Positions 40,847 through 52,520 of a stretch of DNA of 64,000 nt are shown one piece after another. The stretch comes from Eledone cirrhosa (taxonomy: Eukaryota). The notes beneath the pieces are model-generated. The model was given only the letters and a program-made list of their open reading frames with translations, ran no database searches and was not told the DNA's origin. How positions within the stretch are numbered: position 1 is the first letter of the stretch; every line of letters begins with the position of its first letter. The translations under genes were made by a program, and so were the position numbers. The stretch covers positions 81,902,001 to 81,966,000 of the forward strand of contig OZ024741.1 of NCBI GenBank assembly GCA_964016885.1, read 5' to 3'.

Positions 40847-41065
40847 CGAGTGGTGGGAGAGACATTAAGAGAAATAGAGAAAGCACCTATCTCTTATTGA
40901 AGTAAAATATTAATTCACATATAGAGATCCGTTATCAGATCATTTTTGAACACTAGTAAGCTTTGTTACAACAATATGTATATATATATATATATACATA
41001 AATTAGTACTTTACTTCAATAAGAGATAGGTATGTTCTATATTTCTCTTAATGGCTCTCCCACCA

Positions 41066-41068
<3 letters not shown>
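40847..41068. repeat. Inverted repeat, about 70-bp arms
   Basis: gagtggtgggagagacattaagagaaatagag...cctatctcttattgaagtaaa pairs with tttacttcaataagagatagg...tttctcttaatggctctcccaccactc. Confidence 0.85.
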
Positions 41069-41134
<66 letters not shown>

Positions 41135-41175
41135 TTATTTATTTTTATCATTATCATTATTATATTGGCAATAGT

Positions 41176-41284
41176 GCTTTTACGGCCCGGGGTCGGTAAA
41201 ATAAAGTACCAGTTACGTACTGTGTTCGATTTAATCGACTTACCCCTCCCCCAAAATTGCTGGCCTTGTGCCTAAATCAGAACC

Positions 41285-41290
<6 letters not shown>
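41176..41290 (+). mobile_element. SINE family A, 5'-truncated; its (ATT)n tail leads directly into Tx1 copy 3
   Basis: ggggtcggtaaaataaagtaccag...aaattgctggccttgtgcctaaatcagaaccc-(ATT)n. Confidence 0.85.
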
Positions 41291-41327
<37 letters not shown>

Positions 41328-44300
41328 GTTGACGGAGGCTCGGCTCTGTAAGGTATTGTAAATGTTAACCGCTATGACAATTGTAAATTGTTTAAAACTT
41401 TAACCATATTGTAGACAAAAACACCCTCCTCCTCGTGAGAGGGGTCTTTCTGCCCGTTATTTGGCCCTTCGGGGTTAAATAATCGCTTATTGGGGTTTTG
41501 TGCCCAATATTTATTTCAAACCAAAAAAAAAACATGGCTACAAAACAGAATTTTCACAAGTCACTCCCACTCATTCCGTCTTCTTCTTCCTCAATCGTCA
41601 CTACATCAGAGAGAAGATTGTCTCTCCCTCCCTTCTCTAAATGTGTCTCTCTCCCTCCCTTCTCTTTCGCAAGCCACGCCAGTAAAGAAAAATAGTTTCT
41701 TAAATCACGTGCAAAACGTGGAACATTCCTCCACGACGACGACAACGACGAACAAGGTGTGCGGTAAATACGAAACCCATTTCATTCGTCTGACGTCATG
41801 AATAATAGCTGTATCAGCCGTAATAACAGCAGCAGCAGCAGCAACAGTGACGAGGAAAACAACAGTAGCAGTCGCAACAGCATCAGCAGCATAAACAACA
41901 ACAGCATTAGCAGCAACAGCAACAACAACAGTAGCAACAACAACAACCACAGTAACAGTGACGGCGGCAGTCGTAGTACCAACAGCAACAACAAAAGTAA
42001 CAGCAGCTCTGACGACGACAACAACAAAGGTATCGCAAAGGTATCGCAAAGAACGTGGAAACCATCCTTATAACAAATGAGGAATTACAGGAAGCAAAGA
42101 AGATGGTGACGAAAACCGGACACCGAGCAATCTGCAAGGTAGACGAAAAATCTTTCGAAACCCAACAGCACTGTACGGTCACGTACCGTACAGTAAGCAC
42201 AAAATCCCGTAGGGTTGAAAGAGAAACAGAGGCTCAAATACAAAAAGCCTTAGGGTCTGTGTGGCAGCGGAAAACGCATATCACCCGAAGCAAGAAATAT
42301 GCCACCGTGGACGTGCTTTTTGCCACACCCCAGGAGGCAAAGGCTCAATCCTTAGTGACCCTAAGGAACGAGGAAATGGTGTTGGTGCCCTCCTACTGCG
42401 GACAAAAAATTGTGAGGGTCAAACTGACCCACGTCCCCCCCCCCCCCCAGGATGGCCCCTTCTTAGCTGGCCGCATCTGTCCTCGTCGGAATCGAGGACA
42501 AAACAACTGTACTGCAAGTACAGAAAAAAGTACGAGAAGATTGGGTCGGCACCTCCATTGAGATGTTAATCCAAACCAACCAGGAATGCATCGAAGCTAT
42601 CCCGGATGTGATAGACTTCGATAACGACACTCAACTGCCCATAAGTGTTGAGGCTAAACGCCCGAAATGCTTTCGCTGTAGATCGAAGACTCACCTCAGG
42701 GCCTTCTGCAATGAGAACACCCTGAGAAAAGAGTAAAACCCCCCTCCTTCCGAAAACGGCTCCACTGCTACCAGTAACAGGACAGGCGGCAACCAGGAAG
42801 GATAGGTCCGTGGCACCACTACCCACGCCACGGAAATCAAGAACAGCAGCAGTGGAAGTATTAACAACAACAACAGCAATACCAACTGCAGCTGCAACAG
42901 AGAATCCACTGCAAACATCACCAACAACAACAAGTGAAAGAGTGGAGCTGGTACCCCTCGCCGACCTCACAGAATCGGACATGGAGTGTGAGGTGGGAGA
43001 GGGATGGCAAAAGGTCGCAAGAAGACACAAACGAAGAAGCAGCGCATCGTCGCCTTCGAAAAGGGAGGAAAGAAACAAAAAAAGGGCAAAGGCTACTGCA
43101 AAAAGACTTACAGCAGCAACACCACCAACACCATCACCACCCACACTAGCACCACCATCACCACCGGCCGCAACCCCACCGCCAACAACAACACCACCTT
43201 CAACACCACCACCACAAGCACCAACATCGCAAACACAACAAAACACACTCACACAGCAACAACGACAAGAAAATAGCAGAACCACACCCCACCCCCAGAA
43301 AAACAGATGCACATCAATAAATACACACAACAAGAAATTAATGACTTACATAATTGAACACACAGACATTTCACAGCACGACTACATTATACCAGCACCA
43401 ATCAAAACACCAACGAACATAAGACTGGTAAAAATAGCACAGAAACAATACACAAACATTAAAACGAAATTCCCCAACGCAGTTGGTGATTTCAGAGACC
43501 TAGGAGGAAGACTCAACCGGAGGTTATATTCGGATATACTGACAGAAGAGCCGACGACCAGCCGAAGGGATGATTCAACGGTCCCTTCACCAGACGATCA
43601 AGTGAAAAGGGATGGTGAAACCATCCTTCCTCTGCGAGAAGAAGTAAGGTAAATGGTCTTTCCCATCTTTTCCACTCCATTTTAACATGACCTCACTCAG
43701 AATACGCAGCATAAATGCGCGTGGTTTGGTGTCGTCATGGAAGCAGGGCCACCTGCTCAACGACATCAGGTGACTAAACGTAGATGTAGTGGCCATCAGC
43801 GAGACCAGAATCTCCGAAGCACGGGCCTTCGCACAGATCTTCGGCGGCTACGATGTGTACGCATCTCCCAGCCGTCCTGGATCGGGGGAGGAGTTGCTGT
43901 GCTTTTTCGGAGAGGTTTGGATCTCGCCATACGGGCCATCTTCTTAGACCCAGAAGGTAAGCTGGTGGTGCTGGACGTGACCAGCGGAGATGGGCAAGCT
44001 TTCAGGCTAGTGGCCGTCTATGCGCCGACAGAAGCAGGGCGGCCTGATTTCTTCCGGCGCCTGGAGACCTTTCTTGGAACGTCCCGCTCTTTAGTGTTAG
44101 TGGGCGACTGGAACGGGATCTTAGATGCACGCTGGGTGTGTGGGATTAGCGGATAGGGAAGGAGCGTGCAAGAGCCTCGCCAACCTGCTCAGGCGTTTTG
44201 AAATGTCTGACAGGTACCGATTGGATTTCCCGAATGTGCCAATGTGGCCTTGGACAAATCGTATCGGGTCATCCAGATCATAACTAGATAGAGTATTTTG

Positions 44301-47218
44301 TAGGGAAATAGATAGGTCTAGCATAAGCTGTCCACATTTCAAGATAGTCAGCTACACGGACCACAAGTTCGTGATCTGTGTGCTTGACTTAGATAGGCTT
44401 CATAGACGAGGACCTTCCTACTGAAAGCTAAACGCGTCCTTACCACCGCACCAGGCCTACAGAGATTAGCGAACTAGTTAAGCGAATATTGACGGAGGCC
44501 ATCGTCAACAACAAGTTGTGGTTTTCTCTGAAAGGAGCGTCTAGAATAGAGTCCATTAGGTTTAGTAAGGCTTTAGCTTTAGAGAAAAATAGAGAAGAGG
44601 GAGAACTAGTTAGAAAATTAGACGAGGCGCTTTGCAAAAGCATCACGACCGACGTACTTGCGGCGAAATTGGCCCTTGATCAATTCTTCAATGCAAAGCA
44701 CGAAGGCTGCGTTGTCAGAGCTAGGGTGCGTGCTCTCAGACACGAGGGGACGAAAGCCGTTCAATGGGCCCGAGTGGCGGAGGCGCGTCGTGGAAACAAA
44801 GCCACGATCCGGTCTTTGGTGGACCACGACGCACGCATGCTACTCGATCCCGGGCAAATGTGTGAAGCTTTTCAGCGACACTTCGCTCAACTGTTCGGGG
44901 GCAGCGGCGGGCCGGATCGAGGGATGGACTTTAGTGTCTACCTCGACGGACTGCTGCGGCTCTCGGCCACTGAGGCGGAGTGTTGCGAAAAGCCGATAAC
45001 AGCCGCTGAAGTACGGGAGGCAATGACTGGCTGCACAAGGAGTAAATCGCCTGGTTTGGATGGTCTGCCTTATGAACTTTACGTACAAATGCCAAACTTG
45101 TTCGGAGGCCTCTTGGCCGACGTCTACTGTAACTGGCAAAATAACAGGAGAATTCCCAGCTCTGTGAGCCGAGGAGCTGTGGCGCTGCTGAGAAAGGATC
45201 CGAACAAGGCGGATAACATAGATAATTTCAGGCCCATAACTCTGCTAAATACAGAGTTCAAGATTTTGGCCAAGGTGCTAGCAAAGAGGTTGGCGCTTGT
45301 CGTTCGTGGTCTGGTGGGAGAGGCGCAGACATGCGCCATTCCGGACAGATCCATCCACAACAACCTCCACCTCATGCTATACATCGTAGATCAGTCGAAG
45401 CTTTCGATAGGGACGCCCATCGTTACCTAGCGGCAGTCCTGAGGGCGGCTGGCTTTGGGCCCGTCTTCAGAGGCTGGAACGCTGCTATGCACAGCGACAT
45501 CTGCTCTGTGGTGAGAGTGAACGGTCACCTTTCGGAATCATACAACATCATGCGCTCGATCCACAAAGGATGTCCTCTCTCGTCTCTCTTGTACGTATTG
45601 ACTCTCGAGCCATTACTGCACAAACTGGAGACGTTGAGGAGGGTCCCGCGTGAACTAGGATGCGGAAGATCCGTGTCAGCATATGCGGACGATGTCACCG
45701 TAGTTGTGTCGAACGCCAAACACATCGAGGTGATCGGCACTACACTAAGAGAATACGAAGCGGTGACAGGAGCAATGATCAACCAGGAAATGTCAGTGGG
45801 CCTGCAGCTCGGCATCTGGAGAGGCAGGTCCATGCCGTCAAACAGCGTCGTCGGACGCTGGACGGACGGACCGGTTAAATTGCTAGTGGTCTGGTTCGGT
45901 CCTGACCTCCAGACGGACAAAAACTGTGACGAGGTGACGAGCAGGGTGCGTCACTCACCCAGAAACGGGCGGAGAGGAACCTGCCCATGAAAGGTCGAAC
46001 GGAGGTGGCTAACGCGTACATCGCGTCTGTCATCTGCTATCGCCTGACCGTCGTACCTTGTCCTAAGCCCCGCCTGACTGCCCTGGAGCGTTTGCTCTTT
46101 CGCTTTTTGTAGAAGGGACGCGCTCCGATGGTCAGGCGGTCCATCGGTTGTCAAAACCCGCTACGTGGAGGGAAGGGCATGCCGTGGCTGATGATGCGCA
46201 GACACGCGCTCAGGCTACAACATCTCCCCCTCTTCCTCGACGGTGATCAGGTGTGGTCGCCGTTTGCTAGACACGTCTTTCCCCAGCTCGTTTCCTTGAC
46301 GGAGCTGCAGTCCTGGGTCAAGCGAAGACCGAGAGGGAGCACTTGGAGACTGGAATATATTCAGGCGCACACGGCCCTCGACCAATCGGGCAATGTGATC
46401 GGTGGAAACTCCACCTCGGCGTTCTATAGAGGATTAGTGGAGGGGAAGAGCGACGACGTACTTGGGGAAACTCTAGGCGTCGACGAAAATCAACTAGCCA
46501 ATCTCTTGGGAAGAACTTTCGGACCGGGGCCTATGGACAACTTCCAGAAATCCCTGGCCTGGCAGTGCTACCGAGGAGCTTTGCCAATTCGGGATAAACT
46601 CTACAGGCATGGAGGTGCCGTCAGCCGGGCATGTCCGAGATGCGCGCAGGGCGACGAAACCGTCCTGCACGCACTCGTCCAGTGTCCGAGAATTTCTGAC
46701 TTGTGGGTTTATGTCGAATACCTGCTGTCGTGTGTAGGACGGATCAGGCTATCAGCTGAGTCCATCGTGAGGATTGCCCCGCTCACTTCCTTTAGCCGGG
46801 AAGGGCAGGTAATTTTTATCTGTCTGGTGGCCATGGCGAATGAGATAGTATGGTGGACACGTTTGAAAGGGCTGAAGACGAGCACTTACCTATTCGGTGA
46901 TGCCCTGATTGACTTTTTAAAATTTCATTTGAAAAGGAAAATCAGAGTAGAGAAGGAAGTGCTCTCTTCCCAGCATCTTGTTGAAAGATGGGTGAGAGAA
47001 GCAAGAATGGCCCGAGTGAATGGGCCTACTCTGAGTATGTGTCTGTAAATTAAAGGTGGAAAACTGGGAGAGGGCACTTGCCTTGGTGGTCAGGCTCACT
47101 GTGGCCTTTTAATAGGCTTTCTCCACAAATGTCCCTCCGAAGTCTCCCCCCTATTGGGGAATTTTTCATTGTTATTTTTTTTGTAACCGTATTGTCCTGC
47201 ACTGTCCTTAATGTCTGC
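41328..47218 (+). mobile_element. Tx1/L1-clade LINE, copy 3 (near full length, disrupted)
   Basis: ORF1 about 41534-43652, ORF2 about 43687-47048 with APE/RT/Zn motifs. Flanked by (ATT)n at 41286-41327 and 47219-47244. Confidence 0.95.
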
Positions 47219-47246
47219 TTTATTATTATTATTATTATTATTATCA

Positions 47247-47440
47247 GGGCGCTGGATTGTCAGTATCGGTAGAGAGTCGGACGCCATGCTTTCCAGCATA
47301 GTTACGTCCCTTTACGATCTGAGTTCAAATCCCGCCGAGGTTGACTTTGCCTTTCATCCTTACGGGGTCGATAAAATAAAGTACCAGTAATGCACTGGGT
47401 AATTTGCTGGCCTTCTGCTTAAAGTAGAAACAATTATTAT
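47247..47440 (+). mobile_element. SINE family A, full copy directly after the Tx1 copy 3 tail
   Basis: Matches 15661-15852; ends aaagtagaaacaattattat. Confidence 0.85.
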
Positions 47441-47657
47441 CAGTAGTAGTAGTAGTAGTAGTAGCAGTAGTAGTAGTAGCAGTAGTAGTACCGATTAGAG
47501 GTTTAAGCAAATGATGATCCTGCTTAGAGTGAAAGCAGAAATTATTCGTTTAAACTATTAATCTGTGCTAATATTTGCTCTACTGGTTTATATATACTAT
47601 ATATATATATAACCTTTAACGAGGGCTGTCTGCATTTTGGCTTTGTAATTATTTTTA

Positions 47658-47761
<104 letters not shown>

Positions 47762-48089
47762 CGTGATATGGAAATATTTAGTTTCATTCCCGAGCCTGCA
47801 AATAGCCTACGGAGAGAGAGAGAAGGAACCTATTATGGAAAACTTGTGACTCTTTGGTAGCGGATCTTTTTGATTAACAGTCACCATTGTTTAGAGAGTG
47901 CAATTGATCCAGTGCAAGGCTTTTCTTCACTTGAAAAAGCTTCCCGTAGCTGTTAAAGCGTTTTCCTTCTTGCGTTGCAGCATACGCAGGAAGGATTGTA
48001 AGTAATTGGCAAGGGCTAGAAAGTCATGTTCGTGCCACCCTTGTATGTGAAAAGTGTAGGCAATTATCATATATATATATGTGTGTTCT

Positions 48090-48455
48090 AGCAATAAAAT
48101 CTATTTTATGAACACCTTCCAGCACAAATATATCCATAAATATAAATATGAGAGGAATCAGGGAAAAAAAATCAATAATTGATTTTGTAATCGTCTCTGA
48201 TCTATTTGATTCTGTGCTGGATGTACGTGTTAAGAGAGGGGCTGAGCTGTCAAATGATCATCATCTAGTTATCTGCAACTTGCTACTAACTAAAGAAACG
48301 GGCAGGTCCAGAGCAACGTACAGGATAAAGTGGGAAGGAAGTCAGGACCAGGTTTACAGATATTATTGCATCCGAATTCAGAGAACACTCTGAGCAAACT
48401 GAGGACGTTTAGATGGAGTGCAGATTGTTCAGCGCAGCAGTTTCTGCTTCAGCTG

Positions 48456-48458
<3 letters not shown>
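48090..48458 (+). mobile_element. RTE-clade (Rex3/Expander-like) endonuclease fragment
   Basis: KSIIDFVIVSDL..SVLDVRVKRGAELSNDHHLV. Confidence 0.75.
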
Positions 48459-48524
<66 letters not shown>

Positions 48525-49190
48525 GTAAAAAAATGAACGGGAATAAAAGAGAGAGGCAGTACGAACAAAGGTTTATTAGTTTCACTCTTGAGAGTGGAGT
48601 GGTGGTGGGGAACGACGTTTCGGGCATAAGCCCTTCTTCAGATGAAAAGTGTGTGGGAAGAGAGTTCCAAGAGTGTGTAGGGGAGTGCTGGAGAGACATA
48701 TAGAAAAAAAGGGTGAGAGGAAACGGTACAAATGAAATTAAATATAAAGGCATGATCAAAATAAAATTAAAAATACACATGGAGCAAAACAGGTGGTGGA
48801 AGGATGTGGGGCGTGTAGGGGTGGTGGCGGGTGGAGTGGGAAGAGGGAGACGGGGTGTCCGAGCGGGGAGGGCTGAAGGTGGTGTGTATGTGTAGGTGTA
48901 CGTGTGTGTGTGTGTATGTATGTAAAAGTAAGAGTTGGGGGAAGATCGGGGTTGCATGTTCAGGAAGAGGTGTGTGTGGGGTGGGGTGTAGGTCGGAGTG
49001 TGTGTGCGTGTGTGGATAGAGGGGTGGGGGGAGAGGATTCCGGAGGCTGAATGTGTAAATATGTGGTGGTAAGCACGTGTGTGTGTGGTGTTTATGCGTG
49101 TTGTGGATGTAGGTGGCGTGTGGGGAAAACAGTTTTTTGGGTGTATGTCCGAGGGTGAGTCGTTAAGTTAATTCCGTAAAAGGATGTGGT
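48525..49190 (-). mobile_element. Penelope-type 3' end/pLTR with hammerhead core (48614-48641)
   Basis: Minus strand CTGAAGA-agggc ttat gccc-GAAACGTC followed by aataaa and ending in (TA)n; stem I pairing is poor. Confidence 0.55.
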
Positions 49191-49197
49191 GGAATGC

Positions 49198-49265
49198 TGA
49201 GTAAGATCCTTGGGATGCGGTGGATTCTCGGGATCAAGGTTCACATATGTGTAATCAGTGAAGAG

Positions 49266-49354
<89 letters not shown>

Positions 49355-49602
49355 CGATCGACTTTCGTCAAATCGGACCGACGAAACAGTCTTTCCGTTG
49401 GTCTTTCCAATTGCTAATACTAACTATCGGTCGCAACTCCAGGTAGAAGGAGCAACGTGAAATAAAGTGTCTTGCTCAAGGACATAACGCATCGCCCGGT
49501 CCAGGAATCGAACTCACGACCTTACGATTCCGAATCCGATTCTCTAACCACTCAGCCACACGCCTTCACTATATATATTTATATATATATATATACACAC
49601 AT

Positions 49603-49633
<31 letters not shown>

Positions 49634-49703
49634 ATCTCTTCACGGATTACACATATGTGAACTTTGATCCCGAGAATCCACCGCATTCCAAGGATCTTAC
49701 TCA
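49198..49703. repeat. Inverted repeat (about 72-bp arms) enclosing (TA)n and a family B SINE (49435-49570, -)
   Basis: tgagtaagatccttgggatgcggtggattctcgggatcaa...gaagagattat (49198-49270) versus its reverse complement at 49631-49703. Confidence 0.9.
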
Positions 49704-49704
49704 C

Positions 49705-49792
<88 letters not shown>

Positions 49793-50330
49793 ATGTATAT
49801 ATATATATATATATAATATAGATATATATAGATATATTTAAAAAAATGAAAAACATGGCTTTACTTGTAGTTCTAAACAATTTGATTTAATTTTATATTA
49901 TGATTTTACAATTTGATTGTTTAGAACTACAAGTTAAGTCATTCTTTTACTTGTTTTAAAATATACCTTACTGTAGCAAGCATTTCACACATTTTCCAAT
50001 ATATATATATATACATATATATCCACGCGCACACTAACACTATCACACACATATATTTATATATATATTTATTAACATTTGAATGAAGTAAACATATAAT
50101 ACCGTTGATTTATAGCTTATTGAGTTGAAAGACAGATTTGATCCCGGGGAGATTTAAATGAAGTTGATTTCTATGACGGTGTTGCTTCACGATTGTAATG
50201 CTGAAACCACTTCTCTGCCATTACAATGAGATTATATAAAATATTTTTATTCTCAGAATGATGGATCCATTCACGTTGTCATTTGAAATTCAAGTCAATA
50301 GCTTCATTTAGTTTATATATATATATATAT

Positions 50331-50457
50331 ATAGGAACGAGTAGGACCCCGACGGCTGAGCTCAAGCCGTTTCGACGGCTAATTCTGGACTAATACAGTC
50401 CAGAATTAGCCGTCGAAACGGCTTGAGCTCAGCCGTCGGGGTCCTACTCGTTCCTAT
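50331..50457. repeat. Perfect 61-bp-arm hairpin with 5-nt loop, built on the 3' half of a type I hammerhead
   Basis: 50331-50391 is the reverse complement of 50397-50457; loop aatac; GAAA-cggct-tgagctc-agccg-TC at 50415-50437. Confidence 0.92.
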
Positions 50458-50534
50458 TACCCACTCTACTACCCTAAGTATTGAGTACTTTGGTGCGTTA
50501 TGGTCCATCTGGTTCCTTACCACATTTCCTTCGT

Positions 50535-50569
<35 letters not shown>

Positions 50570-50584
50570 AAATGTTTATACATA

Positions 50585-50632
<48 letters not shown>

Positions 50633-51100
50633 CAAACACACGACCACATTGACCCCATCCCCTACAACACACACGCACGCACAGACACACACACTCACAC
50701 ACACACACATGTATATATATGCACGTGTCTGTACGTGTGCATGTGTTATGTGTGCAGTTTTGAAATATATATTTTATCAATTATATACTGTATATATCTA
50801 TACATATTCATATTCTTTAGTATTATTTGATTGAAATAACATACATTTTAATTACGTAAATATATATTAACACTCGTTCGGAAATTTTATTGGTTGATAA
50901 TTGCATTAATACTGAGCGAACAGAATTATAAATATCAATATAATTTAATAGCGCCACCATTGCAGACTATTGGGTGTAATTTCATGAAATTTTATATATA
51001 TAGATTCATGCATACACACAGACACACACGCACACACACAACAAACAAACACGCATACACGCGCGCGCGCATATCTATGTATATACATATATATATACAT

Positions 51101-51182
<82 letters not shown>

Positions 51183-51601
51183 GTGTGTCTGTGTGTGTGT
51201 GAATGTGTGTGCGTGTGTGCGTGTATGTGTATGTATGTGTGTGTCTGTGTTTGTGAGTATATAAATGCAACAAAGTTGAAATTTGAAATTATATAGAAAA
51301 TAATGTACCGAAAAGTTATTTTGAACTTACATATTTAATACAAACTATAACAAAACCATCACCGACGTTATAACTATATCAGTGTTATCAATATCAATTA
51401 CTTACAATATCAATTACTTACAATATCAATGACTGTAATATTTCTATTGATACGGTTAAAATAATGTGGTTGGTAGCCTTCTTCTCTTCACATTTTCCCT
51501 TCTTCGTTATCTTCCTTCTTCATTATATTCTCTTCTCCTTCTTCACTATATTCTCTTCTTCTCCTTCTTCATTGTATTCTCTTCTTCTTCTTCTTCATTG
51601 T

Positions 51602-51696
51602 ATTCTTCTTCTTCTTCTTCTTCTTCTTCTTCTTCTTCTTCTTCTTCTTCTTCTTCTTCTTCTTCTTCTTCTTCTTCTTCTTCTTCTTCTTCTTCT
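51602..51696. repeat. (TTC)n microsatellite
   Basis: Direct inspection. Confidence 0.95.
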
Positions 51697-52094
51697 CTCT
51701 ATATATATGAGAAGAACATTTAAATTGTGTTTGAGGTGAATGCGAAAACAAAATAAATATGGAGGATTGCTTACCATTATCATAGGTATCCAGTTAAAAA
51801 GCTTATGGTACAATTTAGAAGCAGAAATGACGGTGTATTTATAAGTATAAATATGGTTACGCGGAAAACAGAGCTAGTCAGGAAGACGGAGTCAGAAGGA
51901 GTAATTTATTGAATGCTCAATCTTTAACATATGTTTCTGTACTATTACATAACCGTTTACATGAGCTGACTGCATTATACAAAAGAAGATAAGGAATGCA
52001 ACCATTCCAACGTGGCTGGACCAATGAAATGCTGCAAATTAAACACGTGTATCCGGCCAATTATATCAGTAGTGTAATAAATAATTGTGCATAT

Positions 52095-52232
52095 ATATAT
52101 ATTTAATACAGAAATCGCTTCTACAGGACTAGAACTGTTTCATTCGGGAGAAATCATCAGGGCTTCCTGATGATTTTTCCCGAATGAAACAGTTCTACAC
52201 CTGTAGAAGCCATTTCTATATTAAATATTTAT
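52095..52232. repeat. Fold-back palindrome (about 65-bp arms) centred just upstream of a CTGATGA...GAAAC core
   Basis: ...gtttcattcgggagaaatcatcagg gctt cctgatgatttttcccgaatgaaac... Confidence 0.85.
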
Positions 52233-52438
52233 ACTCTGCTATGTATCGCATCTCCAGGTAGAAGCAGCAACGTGAAAGAAAGTGTGTTGCCCAAGGAGAT
52301 AACGCATTGCGGAGTCCAGGATTCGAATTCACAACCTCACTATAGCGAATCCAATTCTCTAACCACCCAGCCACGGGCCTTCCCGTATATATCATCTATA
52401 TTTATATGTATGTATATATATATATATACACGCGCACG

Positions 52439-52520
<82 letters not shown>

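Noticed and set aside
20956-46154. Many antisense and alternative-frame ORFs overlapping the LINEs
   Set aside because: Shadows of GC-richer retroelement coding sequence.
20803-47218. Any Tx1 copy as an active autonomous element
   Set aside because: All copies have multiple stops and frameshifts in both ORFs, though some homopolymer indels could be sequencing errors.
49495-49570. tRNA-like sequence (also 35660, 52310-52380)
   Set aside because: A/B boxes run into a SINE core and no full cloverleaf forms; these are SINE heads.
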